Numbered from the stretch's first letter, positions 42,008-51,463 are shown. The stretch is DNA of 64,000 bases from an uncultured virus (IMG/VR IMGVR_UViG_3300037483_001817) (IMGVR_UViG_3300037483_001817), one strand, 5' to 3'. Numbers and translations: made by a program. Notes: generated by a model from the letters alone, not told the origin.

Positions 42008-42604
42008 TCAGTTACCCGCGGTCGCGCGGATCTCCTGCATGCGCTCGCGAACGTAGGAGAAGTTCGTCCCGTCGAACCGGACCACATTCCTGGAGAACCG
42101 TGTTTCGATGCCGACGTTCCACGGCTGCGCCACCGCGATCACGAGGCCACGCGGACGCCAGGTGAGCCACCGCTCGATGTACTCGGGCCAGTCGTCGCAC
42201 AGCATCTTGCCGTAGACGAGACCCTTGTCCTCGGAGAGCACGATGGGCAGATCGGGCACGTACTTGAGGCACCACTCGATCTTCTCGCCCGCCGCGGCCG
42301 GGATCTTGCGAGGGCTCTTCGAAAGGATCTGGCAGAGAAAGCGCTGCGCCCGCGCTTCCTCGAGAACCTGGAACCCGAACGCGATCGGGGCAAGGTCGCG
42401 CCAGAAGCCGGGCTGTGACTTGATCAGTCGCCGCCGCTCCTTCATGTAGGGCACCTCTTCTTGCGCCGTGGCCTCCGCTTCTGGATCTTCGCCAGGACTG
42501 CGCAGCGCAGCGAGCTTTGGACGCATCGACGCGTCGAAGTCCGCGAGGGTGCCGTCCAGATCGAACAGTGCGATCGGTTCGGCGGGCTTGTCTGTTTCCA
42601 TCAT
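42008..42604 (-). CDS. HAD-family 5'(3')-deoxyribonucleotidase-like protein
   Basis: FDLDGTLADF, GFWRDL.P, EKIEW, DK.LV, L.DD, QPWN. Confidence 0.8.
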   Translation of the reverse strand: MMETDKPAEPIALFDLDGTLADFDASMRPKLAALRSPGEDPEAEATAQEEVPYMKERRRLIKSQPGFWRDLAPIAFGFQVLEEARAQRFLCQILSKSPRKIPAAAGEKIEWCLKYVPDLPIVLSEDKGLVYGKMLCDDWPEYIERWLTWRPRGLVIAVAQPWNVGIETRFSRNVVRFDGTNFSYVRERMQEIRATAGN

Positions 42605-43215
42605 GCCGGCGAATGTCCCTTCAGTCCTGAAGTGCGTTGGGCGCCTTCCCACGCATCGTCCACAGGGGCAGGGTGATCGAACCAGATGCGTGCGCTCGTG
42701 ACGTCGCAGAGGTGGGCGAGAGCAGCTAGAGGGCCCATCTTGCGCTCACGGCTCGAGTAGTCCTCCAGCTCGCCCTCGGCGTACTTGAGGCCGTTCTCGT
42801 GGGCATCGTTGAGCATCACGCCGTACTCGGCGAGCTTCTCCATACGGAAGCGCTGGTGATCTGTTTTCGTCAGCATTGTGGCTTTGTGGCGGAGATGCCC
42901 GTCCTCTCCCAGCTCGTACTTCCACGGCTTCTCGATGTCGTGGAGGAAGACGACGAGTAGAATGTCCGAAATCGAAAACGGCAGCGGCCTCTTGGTGTCC
43001 AGGATCTTGAAGAAGACTAGCGCGATGTTCATGGCCTCGGTGACATGGTCGAGATAGCCGCCCGGCCACGCCTGGTGGTTGTGCGTGGAGCCCTGCACCG
43101 TTCCGAACAACTTGCGATTGTCCGCGAGGAGCCTTTGAACGGCGGTGCGGTTCGGCTCGGTGATGAGCTGGATGAGATCGTCGATCGGAGCGTACTGCTT
43201 CATTTGAGCTTCCAT
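42601..43215 (-). CDS. HD-domain phosphohydrolase
   Basis: HQAWPGGYLDH, FLHDIEK, HLCD. Confidence 0.8.
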   Translation of the reverse strand: MEAQMKQYAPIDDLIQLITEPNRTAVQRLLADNRKLFGTVQGSTHNHQAWPGGYLDHVTEAMNIALVFFKILDTKRPLPFSISDILLVVFLHDIEKPWKYELGEDGHLRHKATMLTKTDHQRFRMEKLAEYGVMLNDAHENGLKYAEGELEDYSSRERKMGPLAALAHLCDVTSARIWFDHPAPVDDAWEGAQRTSGLKGHSPA

Positions 43216-43221
43216 ATTTTA

Positions 43222-43273
43222 GGCGCCTCTGACAGGGGTCGAACCTGCGCAGTCCCGTCTGACTTCAGAGGCG
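43222..43273 (-). ncRNA. tRNA-like mini element (acceptor stem + T-arm + one short hairpin)
   Basis: GCCTCTG/CAGAGGC stem; GCAGG-TTCGACC-CCTGT arm; AGTC/GACT hairpin; 3' G-CC. Confidence 0.55.
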
Positions 43274-43275
43274 GT

Positions 43276-43293
43276 GGGAGGTCGAAGCCTCCC
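43276..43293 (-). terminator. GC hairpin after the vWA stop (no U tract)
   Basis: GGGAGG-N6-CCTCCC. Confidence 0.35.
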
Positions 43294-43302
43294 GGGTGCT
43301 GC

Positions 43303-44811
43303 TTACCAGCGGCTCGACTTGGACTTCGAGACGCCCTTCTTCGCCTTCTCCTTTTTCGCGCCCTTCGCCACGACCGCCGCGACGACCGCCGGAGGCAAGG
43401 TCCCGGGGATCACCATCGAACCGGCGATCGACGCGAGGTCGTTGCTGCCCTTCTGGGCATCAGCGCCCTCGAAGCTGCTCGCCGTACTGCACTGGGCAGC
43501 GTTCGACATCGCGAACTCCGCGCCCAGCCCTGACGTCATGATCTCGCGCTCCAGATCACCGTCCATCTTCGACACGGTCATGCCGCGATCCGAGTAGCCC
43601 TTCGAGCTACGAAGATAGCCCTGGCTCGACGCGTAGCTCGACGCGCTCACGACCCGCGACTGGATGCCCTTGGCGAAGGCCCCGAGCTTGTCATGACCAC
43701 GGCTGCCGAGCGAGACCGCCATCGCATCCATGCGCGCGACGGCGCCGTGGAAGTCGCCTTTCTTGGCCAACTCTTCGGCCTCGACCTGAGCCTGACCAAC
43801 CTGCGCGAGGCCGACGATCTGATCGACGTCCTGGGTCGGCTTCTCCTGCTCTTCGCCTTCCTTCACGAACCGCAGCTTCGCCTTCAGCTCCTCCTGACGA
43901 TGCTCGCGCTTGCCCTCGATCAGCAGATCGTAGTCGATCTTCACGTCCACGATGTTCATCTCGCGGGGCAGCGCCTGGGTCTGCTCCGAGAGCTTCATCG
44001 CGAGGACGACGTGTCGCTCCTCTTCGGACAGTAGATCGCCGAGCTTGATGACGACCTTGCCATCCTTCTCGTCGACGTCGACGTCGCTGGTCACTTCCTC
44101 GATCTTGTGGCCGTTGTGCGGCGCGAGATCGAGCACGATGCCCTGGGCATACGTCGAGAGCAGACCGCCAAGCTCCTTCCCGAAGGCCGAGAGCGCCTCG
44201 TCCGGGTGCTTGATGAAGGCGTAGTTGCCTTCGCCGCGTTTGGCCAAATCTGCGAGCAACTCCTGGTTCGCATCAGTCCCGTAGCCGAAGCAGGACACCG
44301 TGGTCTTGCCGCGGGTGTCGACGATCTTCGCAAGGCCCTCGGAGCTGGTGACGCCGTGGTTCGCGCAGCCGTCGGTCAGCATGATGACGCGGACGAGCAT
44401 GTCCTTGCCGATGTCGACCTTCGAGCCCCACTTGAGACCCAGCTCGAGACCGCCGGAGAAGTTCGTGCTGGTCGTCGTGTGGAGATCGCCGATGCGATTC
44501 TTCAGCGCATCCTTCGACGCCTGCGTCATCTCGATGGGAGCTTGGATCTCGTGGATCTCGGTCGCGAACGCGCCGAGCCCGCAGTAGTCACCAGGCTTGA
44601 GGTGGTCGACGAGTTTGAGGAGCGTCTTCTTCGCGTAGTCGAGCTTATCGCCCGCCATCGAGCCCGAGACGTCGATGAGAGGAATGATGCAGACCGGGGG
44701 ACGCTTGGCCTCCCAGTCGAGCTTGGGAGCTTTGAGGCTCAGGACGAGGTGGATGTTGTTGGTTTTGTCGAAACGCACCTTGTCGTGCGTGAACTTCGCT
44801 TGGATCTTCAC
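43303..44811 (-). CDS. von Willebrand factor A domain protein
   Basis: MIDAS IDVSGSM, TNFSGGL, MLTDG.AN.G, FGYG; GGAG RBS before GTG. Confidence 0.9.
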   Translation of the reverse strand: MKIQAKFTHDKVRFDKTNNIHLVLSLKAPKLDWEAKRPPVCIIPLIDVSGSMAGDKLDYAKKTLLKLVDHLKPGDYCGLGAFATEIHEIQAPIEMTQASKDALKNRIGDLHTTTSTNFSGGLELGLKWGSKVDIGKDMLVRVIMLTDGCANHGVTSSEGLAKIVDTRGKTTVSCFGYGTDANQELLADLAKRGEGNYAFIKHPDEALSAFGKELGGLLSTYAQGIVLDLAPHNGHKIEEVTSDVDVDEKDGKVVIKLGDLLSEEERHVVLAMKLSEQTQALPREMNIVDVKIDYDLLIEGKREHRQEELKAKLRFVKEGEEQEKPTQDVDQIVGLAQVGQAQVEAEELAKKGDFHGAVARMDAMAVSLGSRGHDKLGAFAKGIQSRVVSASSYASSQGYLRSSKGYSDRGMTVSKMDGDLEREIMTSGLGAEFAMSNAAQCSTASSFEGADAQKGSNDLASIAGSMVIPGTLPPAVVAAVVAKGAKKEKAKKGVSKSKSSRW

Positions 44812-44994
44812 TGTGTGTTCTCCGTTACGTTGGGGATAACGTCGAGAACGCGGAGGTTCGGACATCCATCCCTGGAGTCCTCGACAGGTCAGTGCGTCCG
44901 ATGAGGAAGAGCCCAAAACCTTGTGGTGCGGCTGCCCTCGGTGTCTCGATCTCCCAAAGCCGAAGCGCGGAGAGCGAGCTGGTTTCTTTATACC

Positions 44995-45582
44995 TCACGT
45001 GTGCGCCACCTGGGTAGTGGGTGACTCCGGCTGGATGCCAAGGGATCGCTCGCGAGCCACCGTGAGGCCGTCTGCGGATCGCTCCAACAGCCACTTCGCG
45101 CGCTCGACGTCTGGATCATCGAGGCCGTCGTTCGGATGCGTGAGCACGAGCCATGGCATCAACGCGTCCATATCGGAACAGTCGTCGAGAATGACGAACG
45201 CCGTTACCTCGGGGTGCGCGGCGAGCCACTCGCCGATCTCCCAGCCGCGCTCGAGATGCTCGAAATCGAACGGCTTGCCGTTTCGCTCCTGCCAGTTCGC
45301 GAGCCAAACTGTGTCCTTCGAGAGATCCGGCGTCTCGCCGATCACCTCGCCGACAAGGCCGTGACGCACGAGCGCGGGACCGAGGTCCTGCCACCGTGCG
45401 AACTTTCGCCAGCTCGACGAGATGACGATCACGGCCCCCGTCTCCACGATCAGCCGGTTGAGGCACGCCATGCATTCGGGCGCGATTGGAATCGGTAACG
45501 GTTCTGTTGCAGTCGGCGATACGTTGTGGCGCGTATTGCAGTGGTTGACCACGCCGTCGATGTCGAGGAAGACAACGATCAT
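44995..45582 (-). CDS. HAD-domain protein (RNA-repair-associated type)
   Basis: FLDIDGV.N, ISSSWR, RG.EI..WL, FVILDD. Confidence 0.8.
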   Translation of the reverse strand: MIVVFLDIDGVVNHCNTRHNVSPTATEPLPIPIAPECMACLNRLIVETGAVIVISSSWRKFARWQDLGPALVRHGLVGEVIGETPDLSKDTVWLANWQERNGKPFDFEHLERGWEIGEWLAAHPEVTAFVILDDCSDMDALMPWLVLTHPNDGLDDPDVERAKWLLERSADGLTVARERSLGIQPESPTTQVAHT

Positions 45583-45705
45583 GGTCACCTTACGGATGGA
45601 TCCTGAGATCCTGGGCGATGCGGCTATGAACTCGTCCACCTTCTTGATCGCGGTCGTACATCGCGAAACCGATCACACCCTGCGTCGCTTGCTGCACGCG
45701 CCCTA

Positions 45706-45972
45706 TCATCGCGCAGGTGCATCTGGTTTTATAGTGGTGTGCTCGGGCGGCCCAATGTCCGTGCCGTACTTGCGCACTGGTACGAACGGAATGAAGGTGA
45801 AGAGCCGTCCGTCGCGCTGCGGCAGGCCGAACTTCGTCGCCGTCGAATCGACGACGACCCCTTGGGCCTGCACCTCGACGATGCGGTGAGCGATCCGCTT
45901 GTTCCCCCAGGTCACGACGTCGCCGACCTGGAACTTCTTGCCGAGCTTCTTCTGGATCGCGCGACGGGTCAT
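45706..45972 (-). CDS. hypothetical protein
   Basis: ATGA coupling; FQVGDVV. Confidence 0.55.
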   Translation of the reverse strand: MTRRAIQKKLGKKFQVGDVVTWGNKRIAHRIVEVQAQGVVVDSTATKFGLPQRDGRLFTFIPFVPVRKYGTDIGPPEHTTIKPDAPAR

Positions 45973-46367
45973 GCATCCCCCTTGGGCAGCTTCGCGTAAC
46001 GTTCATGGACCTCTGAAATCGACAGCATCTCGTGCGTCCCGCTCGCCGCCCAGACCGACTCGATCTTGTGGGAGAACAGTCGCAGGCGACGTCGATGCGG
46101 GATCTGTCGCAATAGGTGTGCGAATGCGTCCCCCGAGGGCGCGTGTCCCTCCATCATCTTGGCCGCGGCCTCAGCATCCTCGTCCGAAATGTCGAGCCGA
46201 TCAATCCCGCGATCCGCGAAGACGTTCTCGAAGCGCAGCCACATGTCGAACAAGGGACCAATCGCGTTTTCGAGGCGGAAACGTTCCCGATCCTCGGGTG
46301 ACATGTCCTTGGATTCCTCCGCGATCTCGGCGTCCGACAGACGCTCGGCGTAGGCCGTCTTCGTCAC
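45969..46367 (-). CDS. hypothetical protein
   Basis: GTGA coupling with 46364-47047. Confidence 0.55.
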   Translation of the reverse strand: MTKTAYAERLSDAEIAEESKDMSPEDRERFRLENAIGPLFDMWLRFENVFADRGIDRLDISDEDAEAAAKMMEGHAPSGDAFAHLLRQIPHRRRLRLFSHKIESVWAASGTHEMLSISEVHERYAKLPKGDA

Positions 46368-47047
46368 GAGCGTCCTTCGGTCCGGCACGCCTTCATGTGG
46401 TCCTCGATTGTGGCGTCGGCGAACGGGAACGCCTCGAAGCCGCAATAGCGGCAGCGTACGACTGGAACATCCTCACGCTTGACTGAATCCCACTGGGCGG
46501 CGAACTCGGCCTCTGCCTTGGCCACCAGCTTTGCGTAGCGATCGTCGATCAAGCGCTGCTTGACCTTCAGCAGCTCAGGCGACAGCTCGATGTCGGCGTA
46601 GAGCGCGAAAGCGAGAGCACGTAGATCCGCCAACTCTCCCTGATCAACGATCAGCGCGTGGGCGATGCTCTCGACTTCACCCGGGGTCGGCGAGTAGCTG
46701 TTGCGGACGATGCGCTCCGCGAGGTCGAGTGCGGCGGGGTCCGGCGAACGAGCAGCCACCTCGGAAGGCTTCGGCCTCGACACATGTCCGTCGCAGATCA
46801 TGACGAGACGATCGTTCACATCACGCACGAACAAGTGCGGATCTGCCTCGTTCGTGCAGGTCAGCACGGCGATGTCGAGCGTAGCGGGATCCGGCGAACG
46901 AGCAGCCACCTCGGAGGGCTTCGGCATCGACATATGGCCGTCGCAGATCATGACGAGGCGATCGTTCACATCACGCGCGAACAAGTGCGGATCTGCCTCG
47001 TTCGTGCAGGCCAGCACGGCGCACTTGGGAAGTTTGCTCTCCATCAC
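46364..47047 (-). CDS. hypothetical protein with 50-aa tandem duplication
   Basis: CTNEADPHLF.RDVNDRLVMICDGH..PKPSEVAARSPDPA occurs twice. Confidence 0.7.
   Translation of the reverse strand: MMESKLPKCAVLACTNEADPHLFARDVNDRLVMICDGHMSMPKPSEVAARSPDPATLDIAVLTCTNEADPHLFVRDVNDRLVMICDGHVSRPKPSEVAARSPDPAALDLAERIVRNSYSPTPGEVESIAHALIVDQGELADLRALAFALYADIELSPELLKVKQRLIDDRYAKLVAKAEAEFAAQWDSVKREDVPVVRCRYCGFEAFPFADATIEDHMKACRTEGRS
46720..47018. repeat. 150-bp tandem duplication
   Basis: Two near-identical copies inside the CDS. Confidence 0.85.
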
Positions 47048-47607
47048 GCTTCCTTGGCGGGCGTTCGCCGCCGCCAGTAGTTGGTCTCCGTGAGCTCGTA
47101 GCGTTCCCAGTTGCGGTACTGGGGAGGATTGTCGGGCCCACGAAGACCGTTGGTGATGAGCACGATGTCGTTCGGCTCCCAGCCCTCACCCTCTGGTTTC
47201 GGGGAATCTCCGCTCTTTCGCGCGTTCTCCGTCGTGGCGTACTCGTAGTCGGGATGCCGCTGCTCGCAGTGCAGCTCGTGCTCGGTCAGCGAAGCAACGC
47301 GTAGACGCTCACGATCACGATACGTGGCAGCGATCTGTTCTTGCTCGAGATGCGCCGTGTAGATCGGCAACATCCGATCGCGCTCAGCCTCCAGCTCGGT
47401 GACACGCGCGCGAAGGCCGCGAAGCTCGGCAGTCTCATCATCGGACACGCCACAGATGGCGGCGGACAGCTCGACGCACTCAGCGCAAATGTAGATGTTC
47501 CCCGGGCCGCTGATCAGGCGCTTGCACGCATCGCGACCCTTCATGCAGAACGAACATTGAATCGGCGGAGTCGCCTGCTCACGCGGCTGTTGTTGATCCT
47601 GGGTCAT
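47044..47607 (-). CDS. protein with ClpX-type C4 zinc finger
   Basis: CSFC..LISGPG..YICAECV; no AAA+ domain. Confidence 0.75.
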   Translation of the reverse strand: MTQDQQQPREQATPPIQCSFCMKGRDACKRLISGPGNIYICAECVELSAAICGVSDDETAELRGLRARVTELEAERDRMLPIYTAHLEQEQIAATYRDRERLRVASLTEHELHCEQRHPDYEYATTENARKSGDSPKPEGEGWEPNDIVLITNGLRGPDNPPQYRNWERYELTETNYWRRRTPAKEA

Positions 47608-47869
47608 CGGCGTGTACTCGACTTCCTGGAGAGCGCGTCGCCGCACGCTGCGAGGACCTCGCAAACCCGATGAGGCTCGATGCGGATCGGCTCACCGTCC
47701 CACCAATGCTCTGCCCCTGTGGGCGGCGTGACGTAGAGGATGAGGGAGCCGTCCTTGCGTGCCTCGAAGGCGTGGGCACCGCGCAGCTTGGGTGGCTTGC
47801 CGGGCGGCTTCGCCAGCCACAGCCGTTTGTTTGAACGACGTGTGCGCCGCGTATTTTTCGCCGTGGTGG

Positions 47870-48142
47870 TCACGCGGCCTCCTTGCGGAACACCAGGTCC
47901 GCCGCCGCGTAAGCGTACTGCGAGATGTAGTCGCTGTGCCCGACGGCCATGCGCTCGGCGCGTTCGACGACCTCGATTCCGACAGGATCGTAGGCGAACA
48001 GACCACGCTGGTAATTGACCGCGCGCATCACGCTCTCGCGCTCGGCCAAGATCCACTCCTCGACAGAGCGGCCTTTGCGAAGCTCAGTCTCGGCGGCGAG
48101 CTTTGCCCGGATCGCCTCGTAGACGGGTTTGTAGTGGCTCAT
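47870..48142 (-). CDS. hypothetical protein
   Basis: ATGA coupling. Confidence 0.6.
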   Translation of the reverse strand: MSHYKPVYEAIRAKLAAETELRKGRSVEEWILAERESVMRAVNYQRGLFAYDPVGIEVVERAERMAVGHSDYISQYAYAAADLVFRKEAA

Positions 48143-48678
48143 GCGACGCTGACCGTCTGAACGATCACACGCGTGCTACGACGAAGTTCCCCGAGCTGTT
48201 CGATCGAGTCGCCGTCAAACGGGTTCTCGGCTTCTTCGGGCATCGAGCACGTGACGTCCGTTCCTTGCAAGAGTTCGAGGATCGCACGGGCGATCGGCAG
48301 TGTTGGACTGTTCCGTGGACCCGACACGGTGACGCAGATGCTGCTCTTATCCTCGCTCTTGAAGGCGCGCTCGCGCTCGACGGCCGCGTCGTAGCGGGCC
48401 TGCATTTCCACCGTGCGGGCGGCTGCCATCATTCCAACCTTTTGGATGATCTCCTCGCGGATCTGCTCGCTGGTCTTGCCGAGCTGGATGTCTCGCGCGA
48501 TGGCCACGCGAAAGTCGAGGACCCACGCATCAACTGCGAGCTGCCGAACGATCTGCTCTTCGAGACTGCGTAGCTGATCAGGATCTGGCGGGGTGTGCTC
48601 GATGGCGTGCATGCGCGAGCGCACGATGCTCAGCAGGATTTCGAGGTTCGGACGGGCAAAGAGATTCGGATCAGACAC
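48139..48678 (-). CDS. hypothetical protein
   Basis: Coupled to the downstream ORF. Confidence 0.55.
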   Translation of the reverse strand: MSDPNLFARPNLEILLSIVRSRMHAIEHTPPDPDQLRSLEEQIVRQLAVDAWVLDFRVAIARDIQLGKTSEQIREEIIQKVGMMAAARTVEMQARYDAAVERERAFKSEDKSSICVTVSGPRNSPTLPIARAILELLQGTDVTCSMPEEAENPFDGDSIEQLGELRRSTRVIVQTVSVA

Positions 48679-48747
48679 CGGCCGAACCTAACAGTCCACG
48701 CACTTCATTTCCAGCACTTCACATACGGTTGCATAACCCTCAAAGAT

Positions 48748-49743
48748 CTACCTCTTGAGATCCTCGTAGCGCAGGGCGATCGGCATCTTCTCGACTGCCT
48801 CGCGCTTGCCCTTCTCACCGCGGCGATCGTAGATGGCCGTCGTCTTGACGTCGGAGTGGCCCATGAGCTTCTGCACCATGAGGATGTCGGCCCCGTTCTC
48901 GAGCAAGTCCGTGGCGAACGTGCGGCGCAGATCGTGCGGCGTTAGATCGGCGACCCCCGACAGTGTGACAAGCGCGCCGAGCACGTAGTCGACACCCGCG
49001 CGGCCGAGGCGCCTCGTCGTGGGCCCCTTGTCGTGGGCCCAGCGAACAAACAATGGAATGCAACCGCGCTCCTTCTGGTACTCGAACCACGGCAAAAGCC
49101 ACGGCCGGTAGCCCTCGGCGAGGTACGTCTCGCGGAACTTGCCGCGCTTACCGCGTTTGACCGTGAGCGCACCAGTGGCAGGGTCGTAGTGCTCGGTGTC
49201 GAGCGAGGACACCTCCTGACGACGAAGACCCCCGGCGAACATCGCGATGAACAACGCCTGATCACGCCAGCTCCAGGGCGCTTCCTGCCCGGCGGCGGCA
49301 CGTAGGAGAATACGGACCTCGTCGATCGAGACCGCACGGCCGGCGGGCGGCAAATCCGCCGTCTTCATGCTTTTGAAATCGAGTGCCCGTTGGTAATCCT
49401 CGGTCTCGATCTGTTCGAGCTGCCACGCCGCCTTGAGCACGCCGCGTAACGCCGACAGCATCCGGTTGACTGTGCGCTCGCCGTAGCTCGAGACGAGCGC
49501 AGATCGAATCGCCTGCGTGTGCTGGAAACGGAGCTCGTGCCACGGTAGCGTCCACTGTGTTGCTCTCCGATCGACAAGCTCCGCGATCGTCGCGAGGCTC
49601 GACTTCATCGCCGGCCGCGAGTCCTCTCCGAGCTTGGCTAGGTAGACGGCGACGGGATGCACCGCCAGGTTGATTCCGCGCGGGACGTCCAGATCGGCAG
49701 CAGCGCGCGGTTGGTGGGCAAGAGCGAGAGGTTCGCGGGCCAT
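48748..49743 (-). CDS. tyrosine recombinase/integrase
   Basis: GLRRQE (R), GKRGK (K), HDLRR (HxxR), MGHSD (H), TAIYDRR (Y); N-terminal core-binding domain. Confidence 0.95.
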   Translation of the reverse strand: MAREPLALAHQPRAAADLDVPRGINLAVHPVAVYLAKLGEDSRPAMKSSLATIAELVDRRATQWTLPWHELRFQHTQAIRSALVSSYGERTVNRMLSALRGVLKAAWQLEQIETEDYQRALDFKSMKTADLPPAGRAVSIDEVRILLRAAAGQEAPWSWRDQALFIAMFAGGLRRQEVSSLDTEHYDPATGALTVKRGKRGKFRETYLAEGYRPWLLPWFEYQKERGCIPLFVRWAHDKGPTTRRLGRAGVDYVLGALVTLSGVADLTPHDLRRTFATDLLENGADILMVQKLMGHSDVKTTAIYDRRGEKGKREAVEKMPIALRYEDLKR

Positions 49744-49813
49744 GCCCCAGCCTACCAGCCTACTTGCGAGAACCACTATTCAATCAAGTGCATGAAGTAG
49801 CCGAAATCAGGGC

Positions 49814-49934
49814 GTTGCATAAAATAACACCCCCGTACAATAAATGTTATGCAACATTCCGGAATATTCCGACGACAACGTTGTGCGCGCGATCGCGACG
49901 TCTCGACGGGCCGCGATCGATCGTGTTATGCAAC
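49814..49934. promoter_or_regulatory. AT-rich divergent region with GTTGCATAA/TTATGCAAC boxes
   Basis: Boxes at 49814-49822, 49847-49855, 49926-49934; a fourth at 48728-48737. Confidence 0.55.
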
Positions 49935-49944
49935 GCTCATCCAA

Positions 49945-50133
49945 ATGGCGTCAACGAAGGCACGCAGCGCTGAAGAGCGCACCGAGAAGCATCGCAAGAC
50001 GCACAAGCTCGTGCAGACCTGGGTGAGTCCAGAGAGGAAGAAGGAGATCGACGCGCGCGCCAAGAGCGAAGGACGCACAGTCGCGAACTGGCTGCGTCGC
50101 GAGCTCGACAAAATCTTTGGGGCCGCAGGTTGA
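49945..50133 (+). CDS. ribbon-helix-helix-like protein
   Basis: VQTWVSPE.K..I...AK.EGRTVANWLR. Confidence 0.65.
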   Translation: MASTKARSAEERTEKHRKTHKLVQTWVSPERKKEIDARAKSEGRTVANWLRRELDKIFGAAG

Positions 50134-50663
50134 GAAGACCGAACGAATGGCGCCAAGATGCTCCGCCCCCGCGCGGAATCAAATCTTCATTGAGTCATGC
50201 TCGAAACCGCGGGCTTGAAGCGACGCTCACCAATGAGCAGTGGGCCACGACGCTCACCTTCTTCGAGCACCGCTGTGCCTACTGCTGTCGGAAGATCTGG
50301 TGCCTCGTCGATCATGTGACATCGCTCGACCGCGGCGGCGGTACGACGCGGGACAACTGCCTGCCTGGTTGTGGATCGTGCAACCGCTACAAGGGACAGA
50401 GGACGCTCGAAGAGCTGATCCTCCGCGTCGAGCAAAGGAACGCCAAGGAAGGTCGCGAAGCACGACTATATGGGGCGAACACGCTCGACAATCTTTCCCG
50501 CGCGCTCGGGTACCTGCATGAGCACGGGCGGCCACCGAGCGAACCGATAAGACCGCGGCCGAGATGGTGCCCTCACCGAGTCACATGCAACCTCGGACAT
50601 GCGCACGGGTGCAGGTTGACCTTCGACCATGAAGGTCAGCACCTGGTGGAGATTGCCGAATGA
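50130..50663 (+). CDS. HNH endonuclease
   Basis: CAYC, DHV...RGG, N..P.C..CN..KG. Confidence 0.85.
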   Translation: MRRPNEWRQDAPPPRGIKSSLSHARNRGLEATLTNEQWATTLTFFEHRCAYCCRKIWCLVDHVTSLDRGGGTTRDNCLPGCGSCNRYKGQRTLEELILRVEQRNAKEGREARLYGANTLDNLSRALGYLHEHGRPPSEPIRPRPRWCPHRVTCNLGHAHGCRLTFDHEGQHLVEIAE

Positions 50664-51463
50664 CGCACTGGGTACTCCAGAACAACATTTACTCCGAGGA
50701 GGGCTGGGAGGCGCTCGTCGGCGCTATTGAGCGCCTGGGTTTTCCGTACTCCGTGCACAGATGCGTTCCGTTCGAGGGCACGCTCGATCCCGAGCCGTCG
50801 CCGATCGACGGCCCCGTCATCGCGATGGGCTCGTACTCGATGGCGAAGCACGCCCAGACGTACGGCTGGAAGCCCGGCGCGTGGCTCGACAACCTCGACT
50901 TCCGCATCCAGCGCGTGCACTGGGGCGATCTCCTGCTCAACGCAGACGCGCAGTGCACCACGATCGGAGCCTTCGCGGGCCCGATCCCGCGGCCCTGCTT
51001 TGTGCGTCCTGTGCACGACACCAAGGGCTTTACGGGCCAAGTGTTCGACGATCCGGCCTGGCAGAAGTTCCGCGACGGCGTGCTCCGCGTGGATGGCGAT
51101 CCTTCGAGACCCACGGTCACCCCGCTCGACGACATCATGATCTGCTCGGCGAAGGAGATCTGGTCCGAGACGCGGACCTGGGTGGTCAACGGCCGCGTCG
51201 TGACCGCGTCCGGCTACAAGATCGGCACGATCCCTCGCTACACGGCGCCCAACCAGGTCGACGATCGCATCACGGTATTCGCGCAGGCGTGTGTCGATCG
51301 CTGGCGGCCCAACGCTGCCTTCGTCCTCGACGTCGCCGACACTCCAGAGGGCCTCAAGATCGGCGAGATCAACAACCTCAACGCCGCAGGGTTCTACCGC
51401 GGCGACATGCAGAAGCTCGTCATCGCGCTCGCTGACCTGGCAGAGGCGACCTACCTACAATGA
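50660..51463 (+). CDS. ATP-grasp domain protein
   Basis: FVRP..D.K.FTG, E.R.WVV.G, FVLDV, EINNLN.AGFY. Confidence 0.75.
   Translation: MTHWVLQNNIYSEEGWEALVGAIERLGFPYSVHRCVPFEGTLDPEPSPIDGPVIAMGSYSMAKHAQTYGWKPGAWLDNLDFRIQRVHWGDLLLNADAQCTTIGAFAGPIPRPCFVRPVHDTKGFTGQVFDDPAWQKFRDGVLRVDGDPSRPTVTPLDDIMICSAKEIWSETRTWVVNGRVVTASGYKIGTIPRYTAPNQVDDRITVFAQACVDRWRPNAAFVLDVADTPEGLKIGEINNLNAAGFYRGDMQKLVIALADLAEATYLQ

Noticed and set aside
43222..43273. Canonical tRNA gene
   Set aside because: Too short, lacks separate D and anticodon arms; reported only as tRNA-like
46720..47018. Diversity-generating retroelement TR/VR pair
   Set aside because: No reverse transcriptase in the window; the copies are tandem, in frame, and differences are not adenine-specific
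33682..49743. CRISPR-associated transposon or RNA-guided integrase
   Set aside because: No TnsA/B/C or TniQ visible; the tyrosine recombinase is ~9 kb away with unrelated genes between
49890..49900. GCGATCGCGAC matching the CRISPR repeat end near the recombinase promoter
   Set aside because: Only 11 bp, and CGATCG-type words are common throughout this sequence
50130..50663. HNH nuclease as a replacement effector for the dead Cas3
   Set aside because: 10 kb from the operon, not fused to a Cas protein, and typical of free-standing phage HNH genes
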